This document shows, piece after piece, positions 37,806 to 44,429 of a stretch of 44,429 nucleotides of DNA. Under the pieces are notes generated by a model that saw only the letters and a program-made list of their open reading frames with translations, had not been told where the DNA came from and did not search any database. The position numbers were made by a program, and so were the translations under genes. The stretch lies in the NCBI GenBank assembly GCA_016200675.1, contig JACQEH010000058.1, positions 1-44,429 on the forward strand. Reading direction: 5' to 3'. This stretch comes from Chloroflexota bacterium. GTDB taxonomy: Bacteria > Chloroflexota > Limnocylindria > Limnocylindrales > CSP1-4. The stretch's first letter is position 1. Each line of letters opens with the position of its first letter.

Positions 37806-39062
37806 CTACACCGACCGGCTGCCCTGACCCGCGACGGCCACCGGCCGCGATTCGGAGGCCTCCGATGCCGGGCCGGCGACGCGGTTCCGGCCGGCCCGCT
37901 TGCTGGCGTACATCGCCTGGTCGGCGCTGATCATGAGATCGTCGACGGACTGGCCGTCATGCGGATAGGAAACGACCCCGACCGAGACGGTCGGCGACCG
38001 GTCCAGGCCGGGGAGCGCGATCGCGGCGACGTTGAGCCGGATCTTCTCGGCGACCACCCAACCACCGGTCGGGTCGGTCTCGGGAAGGAGGGCCACGAAC
38101 TCGTCGCCGCCGTGGCGGGCCGCGACGTCGATCCGCCGGACGCCGCCCTTGATCGTCTCGGCCACGGCGCGCAGGACCATGTCCCCGGCGTGGTGGCCAT
38201 GCCGGTCGTTGATCGCCTTGAGCTCGTCGAGATCGAGCATCAGGAGGCAGAAGCCGCGGCCGGAACGGGCGCTGCGAGCCATCTCCCGATCGAGGGCCGC
38301 AAAGAAGAAGGTCCGGTTGAAGAGCGTCGTCAGGGAATCGACGGCACTCAGGCGGATGGCGGCGTCTCGGGACCGGCGCTGCTCGCGACCGATGACGGAC
38401 CCAACGTAGGCAAGGAGCATGAGGGCCGTCAGGTTCACTCCGACGGTGGCCAGCCCGAGCCCCGACGGCGCGCTCGTGCCGACCGAGACGGCCACGATGT
38501 AGCCGACCGCCGCAGCGAGGGCGAGGATGAGCGTCGCCATCGGCCGGACGACGAGGGCGGCCGCCCCGACGATGAGCGGGAAGGTGAAGAAGAACGGGCT
38601 GGCATGGCCCCCCGTCAGGAGGACCAGGAACGTCGCGAAGGTGAGGGCGACGGTTCCCTCGAGGATCGAGCGGGCGGCCCCCAGCGTGGTCGGCGGCAGG
38701 AGGTCGTGGACCACCAGGACGAACGCCCCGGCAACGCCCAGGAGGACGAAGATCGCCGGCGTGGTATCAGGCCACAGGCCGCTGGTGCCGACGATCACGG
38801 CCGTCGAAAGCAGGAAGACCCAGGAGACGATGCGGACGATCCGGTCGTAGGCGGTCGGCTCGTCCTCGGCGTTACCGATGAGGCCGCCGATCAGGCGCCC
38901 GGCGTCGATGCCGTCGAGGCCCGGGGCGTCGGGATCGGGTCGGTCATCCGAGGCCAGGGGGCTCCGGCGGCCCAGGATCGGGGGCACGACGATGGCAGCC
39001 ATCACGGCGAGGTTGATGACGATCGCGACCGCAATCACGGCGAGGGCCGCCCCCGTCGGCAT
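37806..39062 (-). CDS. Membrane-bound GGDEF diguanylate cyclase
   Basis: DSLTTLFNR, DLDELKAINDRHGH.AGD, ARHGGDEF, ADQAMYASKRAGRN; multiple TM segments. Confidence 0.93.
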   Translation of the reverse strand: MPTGAALAVIAVAIVINLAVMAAIVVPPILGRRSPLASDDRPDPDAPGLDGIDAGRLIGGLIGNAEDEPTAYDRIVRIVSWVFLLSTAVIVGTSGLWPDTTPAIFVLLGVAGAFVLVVHDLLPPTTLGAARSILEGTVALTFATFLVLLTGGHASPFFFTFPLIVGAAALVVRPMATLILALAAAVGYIVAVSVGTSAPSGLGLATVGVNLTALMLLAYVGSVIGREQRRSRDAAIRLSAVDSLTTLFNRTFFFAALDREMARSARSGRGFCLLMLDLDELKAINDRHGHHAGDMVLRAVAETIKGGVRRIDVAARHGGDEFVALLPETDPTGGWVVAEKIRLNVAAIALPGLDRSPTVSVGVVSYPHDGQSVDDLMISADQAMYASKRAGRNRVAGPASEASESRPVAVAGQGSRSV

Positions 39063-39064
39063 CG

Positions 39065-39544
39065 TCAGCGGGTCCCGAACTGGTACGTCTGCTTGACGAG
39101 CCGGAGATACGTGAACGTCTCCGTGTCACGGACGCCCTCGATGGCCTGGAGGCGCTCCGTCAGGAAGCTGAGGAGTCCTTCGTTGTCCTCGGAGACCGTC
39201 TCGATGAGGATGTCGTAGCGGCCCGTCGTGACGACGACGTAGTCGACCTCGGGCAGCGTGGCGAGGGCCTCGGCGACGGCCACCAGGCGTCCGGGCTCGC
39301 AGCGGATCCCGATGAGGGCCTGCTGGAAGCCGAGCTTGCCCGGGTCGGCGACCCCGACGACCTGGAGGATGCCGCGCTCGATGAGCCGATTCGTCCGCGC
39401 CCGGACCGCCGCCTCGGACACGCCGAGCTCGGTGGCGATCTGGGTGAAGGGCCGCCGGCCATCCGCCTGGAGATGCTCGATGATCCGCTTGTCGAGCAGC
39501 GAGAGCTCGTCCTGGCGCCCGTTCGCGCTACGGACCTTGGGCAT
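39065..39544 (-). CDS. Lrp/AsnC-family regulator
   Basis: LDKRIIEHLQADGRRPFTQIA..LGVSEAAVRAR, TTGRYD; GGAGG RBS. Confidence 0.93.
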   Translation of the reverse strand: MPKVRSANGRQDELSLLDKRIIEHLQADGRRPFTQIATELGVSEAAVRARTNRLIERGILQVVGVADPGKLGFQQALIGIRCEPGRLVAVAEALATLPEVDYVVVTTGRYDILIETVSEDNEGLLSFLTERLQAIEGVRDTETFTYLRLVKQTYQFGTR

Positions 39545-39694
39545 CGTCTCCTCCGGGCGCGTCGCGCCCTGCACCGCGTATTCCACCACGCCCGATTCGG
39601 AAAGGCCAGCGCACCGGTGCCTGCGAGCACCCCGAACCGCCGGCTGTGGCTCGCGCCGAACGTCGCGACGACGCTCGGCCCGCCCCGAACACCG

Positions 39695-40651
39695 TCAGCC
39701 GCGGTCGAGGACCTCCAGGACCGCCGCGAACTCCTCGAGCGATGCCAGGCTGATCGGATCGAGGACCAGCTGGACCTCTCCGATGCCCTGTGCAGCATAG
39801 GCCCGCAGCTCGCCGGCCACCACCTCGGGCTTGCCCGCCAGCGGCGCGAGCGCCGGTCGAGCGAGGTCGCCCTGGACGCGGCCCGTGCCGCCGGTCAGTC
39901 GGACCTGGACGGCGACCGTCCGCTCGATCGCGGCCGGGTCGCGGCCGACCTCGCGGGCGATGCCGTCCACCAGCTCCCGCAGCGCTGGCACGCCGTCCGG
40001 GCTGTTCGCGGTGTCGGCGAACCAGACGTTCCAGGCGTCGACGTGGGGAAGGGTGATCCGGAGCATCCGCTCGCCGCGGCTGCCGACCAGCAGCGGCGGG
40101 CCGCCGGGCCGCGCCGGCCGTGGCAGGAGCTCGCAGTCGCGGGCCCGGTAGTACCGCCCGTCGAAGTCGATGCGGCCTTCGCGGAGGAGGGTCCGGATGA
40201 TCGTGAAGGCCTCCTCGAAGCGATCGATCCGGTGGTCGAAGGGGAACCCGAAGGCCCGGAACTCGGACTCGTTCCAGCCCGCCCCGAGGCCCAGGACCAG
40301 GCGGCCGCCGCTCACCTCGTCGACCGTGACGGCCATCTTGGCCAGCATCGCCGGGGCGTGGAAGGCCGTCGAGGCGACGAGCGGCCCGAGGCGGATCCGG
40401 GATGTCGATGCCGCGATCGCCGAGAGGAGGGTCCAGACCTCCCACGGTCCGCGCGCCGAGCCATCGGCGAAGCGATACAGGAGGTGGTCGCCGACCCAGA
40501 TCGTGTCGTAGCCCAGCTCCTCCGCTCGGCGGGCCATGGCCACGTACTCCGGCCAGCAGACCTCGCGCTCGACCTCGGGCAGCTGGACGCCCACCCGCAG
40601 GGGCCGCCGGGAGTTGACGGGAGGGACGTGCATCACCGGTCGTTCGGCCAT
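39695..40651 (-). CDS. LLM-class flavin-dependent oxidoreductase
   Basis: AEELGYDTIWVGDH, LAKMAVTVDEVSGGRLVLGLGAGWNESEF; TACGGT box 7 nt before ATG. Confidence 0.92.
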   Translation of the reverse strand: MAERPVMHVPPVNSRRPLRVGVQLPEVEREVCWPEYVAMARRAEELGYDTIWVGDHLLYRFADGSARGPWEVWTLLSAIAASTSRIRLGPLVASTAFHAPAMLAKMAVTVDEVSGGRLVLGLGAGWNESEFRAFGFPFDHRIDRFEEAFTIIRTLLREGRIDFDGRYYRARDCELLPRPARPGGPPLLVGSRGERMLRITLPHVDAWNVWFADTANSPDGVPALRELVDGIAREVGRDPAAIERTVAVQVRLTGGTGRVQGDLARPALAPLAGKPEVVAGELRAYAAQGIGEVQLVLDPISLASLEEFAAVLEVLDRG

Positions 40652-40684
40652 CGGCCGAACCGTAGCAGGACGCGACGGCGAGGA

Positions 40685-40706
40685 GCCGGGGTGTCGACAT
40701 CCCGGC
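40685..40706 (-). terminator. Hairpin downstream of tRNA-Pro(TGG)
   Basis: GCCGGGGTGTCGACATCCCGGC, a near-perfect palindrome 24 nt after the CCA. Confidence 0.5.
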
Positions 40707-40730
40707 AGGACGGCGGTGGCCGGCAGGAGT

Positions 40731-40807
40731 TGGTCGGGGCGGAGGGATTCGAACCCACGACCTCGTGCTCCCAAAGCACGCGCGCTACCAAACTGCGCCA
40801 CGCCCCG
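40731..40807 (-). tRNA. tRNA-Pro (anticodon TGG)
   Basis: 77 nt, anticodon arm CGTGC-TTTGGGA-GCACG, GGTTCGAATCC T-arm, encoded CCA. Confidence 0.97.
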
Positions 40808-40958
40808 ATCGATGCGTCCGGCGAGGACGATACCCGACATTCTGCGCGCCCGGCCGCCGGGAGCATGAACCGGTCCGTCGGCACGACGTCATGACCTTCG
40901 ACGCCGGGGGGGGTGGCAGGCGGGGCACTCCGCCCGGCGTCATCACCTCCGGCCGGCC

Positions 40959-41017
40959 GACCGCACAAGACCGCACGAGACAAGACCGCACTTGACAACC
41001 GCCGAGGCTGGTAGACT
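40959..41017 (+). promoter_or_regulatory. Three GACCGCAC direct repeats followed by an extended -10 box (TGgTAGACT)
   Basis: Read directly between the divergent tRNA-Pro and LCP genes. Confidence 0.4.
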
Positions 41018-41143
41018 CCCCGCGGACGGTAGTGCCCGACCGGCCGTACGAACGAACTCAGGGAGTCTCGAACGCACGTGCACGCACGTCGGGTGCGGCA
41101 GCCGGGTGGCGACACCCGCGCCGACCGTCGCCCAGTCCGCACC

Positions 41144-42547
41144 GTGAGCGTCGACGGCCGCCGTCGTGCTCCCGCCCGAGCCACCGCGAGCGGTATGGAT
41201 GAGGCGCGCCCGGACCTCTTCGCGCCAGATGACGTCCGTTGGCTCGTCGCCGCCGCCGGATCGGCGGTCATCCCCGGGCTGGGCCAGCTGATCAACGGCC
41301 GCCTCCGCCTGGCCAAGTGGTTCGGCGTTCCGGCCCTGATCCTCCTCGCCTTCGTCGCCCTGCGCGTCGCGACCAGCTCCCCGGCGCGGCTCTTCGCCTC
41401 CGTCATCTCGCCGACGGTCCTGGGTCTCCTGCTCGCCCTCAACGTCGTCGTCCTGGCGTGGCGCCTCGCCGCGGTTGCCCACGCCTTCTTCGATGGGCGC
41501 TACCAGCCGCGCTCGGGCCGGGGCGGCGCGGCGGGCCTCGCCCTGATCCTCGTCGCCGTGGTCGTCCCGCACGGCCTGGCGAACACCCTCGGATCGTCGG
41601 CCCAGGCAGCCTTCAGCAACGTCTTCGCTTCGGGCCAGAGCACCGGCCCGGGGCCCGTGGCGGCATCGACCTCCGGCGGGCCGGGCTCGAATGACCGCCT
41701 GAACATCCTGGTGACCGGGGTCGACAGCTTCCCCGGACGGACCGAGACCCTGACCGATTCGCTGATGGTCGTGTCCGTCGACCCGGTCGGCAAGACCGTC
41801 TCGATGATCTCCCTGCCGCGCGACATCATCAAGGTCCCGCTCGGCAACGGGAACACCTTTGGACCGAAGATCAACTCCCTCATGTCGTACGCGGATCGCC
41901 ACCCCGACCAGTTCCCGCAGGGCGGCATGCGCGCCCTCGAGGACGCCATCGGGACGATGCTCGGGATCCGGATCCACTACTACGCGCGGATCGACTTCCT
42001 GGGCTTCGTGAAACTCGTCGACAGCGTCGGCGGCGTCGACATCGACGTCAAGCGGGCCTTCGACGATCCCAAGTACGACGGTCTGGGCATCAACCCCCCG
42101 AACGTCTTCGGGTTTGCCGTCACGGCCGGTCCCCATCACTTCAACGGCTACGAGGCCCTCGCCTACGCGCGCTCCCGCTATGCCATCGGTGAGAGCGACT
42201 TCACGCGGGCCGGCCGGCAGCAGGAGATCCTCATCGCGCTCAAGGCGCGGCTCCTGTCCGACGGCAGCCTCATCACGCGCCTGCCGCAGCTCCTCGACGC
42301 CTTCGGGGCGCTGGTCCGGACGGACATCCCGACCGATCGCCTGCCGGACCTGGCAGCCATGGCCGACGAGCTGTCGTCGGGCTCGATCTACCGGATGGTC
42401 CTCGGCCACCCCCTGGTCAAGCCCGGCAACGACCCAACGCTCGGGTCGATCCAGGTCCCCGACCTGCCGGCCATCCGGGCCGCCGTCGCGGCGATCCTTC
42501 CCGCCCCGGGCAAGACTCCCGTCGCCTGGACCGCGCCCGCGCCTTGA
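41144..42547 (+). CDS. LytR-CpsA-Psr (LCP) family cell-envelope transferase
   Basis: NILVTGVD, TDSLMVVSVDP, SLPRD, KINS, VDSVGGVD, ALAYARSR...SDFTRAGRQQ. Start uncertain (41078, 41144 or 41195). Confidence 0.92.
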   Translation: MSVDGRRRAPARATASGMDEARPDLFAPDDVRWLVAAAGSAVIPGLGQLINGRLRLAKWFGVPALILLAFVALRVATSSPARLFASVISPTVLGLLLALNVVVLAWRLAAVAHAFFDGRYQPRSGRGGAAGLALILVAVVVPHGLANTLGSSAQAAFSNVFASGQSTGPGPVAASTSGGPGSNDRLNILVTGVDSFPGRTETLTDSLMVVSVDPVGKTVSMISLPRDIIKVPLGNGNTFGPKINSLMSYADRHPDQFPQGGMRALEDAIGTMLGIRIHYYARIDFLGFVKLVDSVGGVDIDVKRAFDDPKYDGLGINPPNVFGFAVTAGPHHFNGYEALAYARSRYAIGESDFTRAGRQQEILIALKARLLSDGSLITRLPQLLDAFGALVRTDIPTDRLPDLAAMADELSSGSIYRMVLGHPLVKPGNDPTLGSIQVPDLPAIRAAVAAILPAPGKTPVAWTAPAP

Positions 42548-42557
42548 CGGGACGGGC

Positions 42558-43214
42558 CTAGAAGCCGAGCTCCCGAAGGACCGGCAGCATGGCCCGGGCC
42601 GCCCGGGCCCGATGCGAGATCGCGTGCTTCTCGACGGCCGAGTACAGGCCCAGCGTCCGGCCGCCCGGCGGTTCGCCCAGGGGCTCGAAGATCGGGTCGT
42701 AGCCGAAGCCGCCCGTCCCTCGCGGGCTCGTGGCGATCCGGCCCCGGCACGTCCCTCGCCGCAGAACCATTGGCAGCCCGCCGCGCGGGCCCGCATCCCC
42801 CGGCAGCGCGAGGGCGAGGACGCACACGTAGCGCGCGCCGCGGCGCTCGGGCGGCAGCCCGTCGAGCGCGGCCAGGAGCTTGGCGTTGTTGCCGGCATCG
42901 GTCGCGTCCGGGCCGGCGTAGCGGCGGGTTCGCACGCCGGGGCCGCCGTCGAGGGCGTCCACCTCGATCCCCGAGTCATCGGCGAGAGACGGCAGGCCCG
43001 TGACGCGGGCCGCCAAGCGAGCCTTGATGCGGGCGTTCGCCTCGAACGTCTGCCCGTCCTCGACGGCCTCGTCCGCGACACCCAGGTCGTCGAGCGTCAG
43101 GAGCTCGGCTTGCTCGAGGTGCAGGAGGTCGGCCAGCTCCCGCCGCTTGTGCTCCGAGTGGGTCGCGATGACAAGGCGCGGACGGGCCGCGCCTCGAGCG
43201 ACGGTGCCGGCCAC
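42558..43214 (-). CDS. rdgB: Non-canonical purine NTP pyrophosphatase (Ham1/RdgB)
   Basis: IATHSEHK, EDGQTFEANARIKA, LADDSGIEVDALDGGPGV, GFGYDPIF, KHAISHRARA; follows rph. Confidence 0.95.
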   Translation of the reverse strand: MAGTVARGAARPRLVIATHSEHKRRELADLLHLEQAELLTLDDLGVADEAVEDGQTFEANARIKARLAARVTGLPSLADDSGIEVDALDGGPGVRTRRYAGPDATDAGNNAKLLAALDGLPPERRGARYVCVLALALPGDAGPRGGLPMVLRRGTCRGRIATSPRGTGGFGYDPIFEPLGEPPGGRTLGLYSAVEKHAISHRARAARAMLPVLRELGF

Positions 43215-43219
43215 GCCGC

Positions 43220-43957
43220 CTAGCGCCGGACGGTGGCCAGGGCGCCGCCCTGGATCTCGAAGAGCCGGGCCAGGCCGGTGTTGGCCAGGTCGAGCAGGTC
43301 GTCGACGCGCTTCCGGTCGAAGGGCCGGCCCTCGGCCGTGCCCTGCAGCTCGACGTACGTCCCGGCGTCCGTGCCCACGACGTTGAAGTCGACCTCTGCC
43401 CCGGAGTCCTCGCCGTAGTCGAGGTCGAGGAACGGCACGCCGCCGACGACCCCGACCGAGACGGCCGCGACCTTGCCGACGATCAGGCGCTCCATGCCGT
43501 AGGTCATGAGGGCCGCGGCGAGGGCCGCGTAGCCGCCGGTGATCGAGGCGCAACGGGTCCCGCCGTCGGCCTGGAGGACGTCGCAGTCGACCGTGACCGT
43601 CCGCTCGCCGAGCTTGCCGAGGTCCACGACCCCCCGCAGCGATCGCCCGATGAGGCGCTGGATCTCGTGGGTCCGACCGCCGAGGCGGCCCTTGACGCTC
43701 TCGCGCTCCGAGCGCTCCGCCGTCGCCCGCGGGAGCATCGAGTACTCGGCCGTGACCCAGCCCGTGCCCTTGCCGCGGAGATGGGGCGGGACGCGGTCGG
43801 AGATCGTGGCCGCGCAGAGGACCTCGGTGTCCCCGACCCGGATCCGGCAGGAGCCCTCGGCCCACTTCAGCACACCCAGGGTCAGGGTCACAGGGCGCAT
43901 GTCGCCGGGACCGCGGCCGTCCGACCGGATGGCGCGCGGCGGATTGCCGATGCTCAT
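43220..43957 (-). CDS. rph: Ribonuclease PH
   Basis: GWVTAEYSMLPRAT, GRTHEIQRLIGRSLR, DCDVLQADGGTRCASITG, DLDY.ED, ELQGTAE. Confidence 0.97.
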   Translation of the reverse strand: MSIGNPPRAIRSDGRGPGDMRPVTLTLGVLKWAEGSCRIRVGDTEVLCAATISDRVPPHLRGKGTGWVTAEYSMLPRATAERSERESVKGRLGGRTHEIQRLIGRSLRGVVDLGKLGERTVTVDCDVLQADGGTRCASITGGYAALAAALMTYGMERLIVGKVAAVSVGVVGGVPFLDLDYGEDSGAEVDFNVVGTDAGTYVELQGTAEGRPFDRKRVDDLLDLANTGLARLFEIQGGALATVRR

Positions 43958-44429
43958 GAGGCTCGCTCCTCCGCCTTGGCGGCATCCCAGTAGGTGTCGA
44001 GGGTAGCGAAGTCGAGGTCCCGCATGGCGACGCCCCGCTCGGCGACCATGCGCTCCACGCGACGGAAGCGGCCCCGGAACTTGTCGTTGGCGGCCCGCAG
44101 GGCGGCCTCCGTCTCGATGCCGAGCCGGCGACCGACGTTGACGACGACGAACAGGAGGTCCCCGAATTCCTCGCGGCGATTCGCGGCATCCGGGGCCGTG
44201 GCGAGCTCGGCCAGCTCCTCGGTGACCTTCTCGAGCACCCCGGCCATGTCGGGCCAGTCGTAGCCGATCGCGGCGGCGCGCTCCTGCATCTCCTGGCTCG
44301 CGGCGAGCGCCGGCAGGGAACGGCTGATCCCGTCGAGGGCGCCGGCCGCGGCGCCTGGCGCGGTTGCGGTCGGCGCCCCTGCCCCCGGTTCGCCGTCGGG
44401 CTCGGCGCCGTCGCCCGCGTCGCCGGCTC
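43954..44429 (-). CDS. mazG: MazG nucleoside triphosphate pyrophosphohydrolase, C-terminal part (runs off window)
   Basis: LDGISRSLPAL...QERAAAIGYDWP, EEFGDLLFVVVN, ALRAANDKF.GRF, YWDAAK; ATGA overlap with rph. Confidence 0.93.
   Translation of the reverse strand, partial: AGDAGDGAEPDGEPGAGAPTATAPGAAAGALDGISRSLPALAASQEMQERAAAIGYDWPDMAGVLEKVTEELAELATAPDAANRREEFGDLLFVVVNVGRRLGIETEAALRAANDKFRGRFRRVERMVAERGVAMRDLDFATLDTYWDAAKAEERAS

Noticed and set aside
40992..41017. Canonical TTGACA/TAGACT promoter pair
   Set aside because: The spacer is only 14 nt; kept only as an extended -10 candidate.

Overview
High-GC bacterial window; the gene style suggests Chloroflexota or Actinomycetota, which is inference only. 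It has two parts. The right ~14 kb is mostly housekeeping: mazG-rph-rdgB, an LCP protein, tRNA-Pro(TGG), an LLM oxidoreductase, Lrp, a GGDEF protein, a PucR-type regulator, tandem glutamine synthetases (type III then type I), an MFS transporter and tRNA-Pro(CGG). The left ~30 kb, downstream of tRNA-Pro(CGG), is an accessory region rich in signalling genes and gene remnants. Best leads: (1) the last 17 nt of tRNA-Pro(CGG) plus a homologous ~90-nt flank are duplicated 1.87 kb away, bracketing a minimal integrase-less AbiEi/AbiEii module and heading a second AAA+/DUF4143 module, like a tandem array of non-autonomous cassettes; (2) an orphan TadA/CpaF ATPase fused to a catalytically degenerate RidA/YjgF domain; (3) a [3Fe-4S]-type ferredoxin fused to an atypical class III nucleotide cyclase, translationally coupled to a STAND-type AAA/LuxR protein whose promoter lies in a 47-bp palindrome. 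Many genes look leaderless (a TANNNT -10 box 6-7 nt before the start codon). No CRISPR array, rRNA, transposase or integrase was seen. All family calls come from motif recognition by eye, not database searches.
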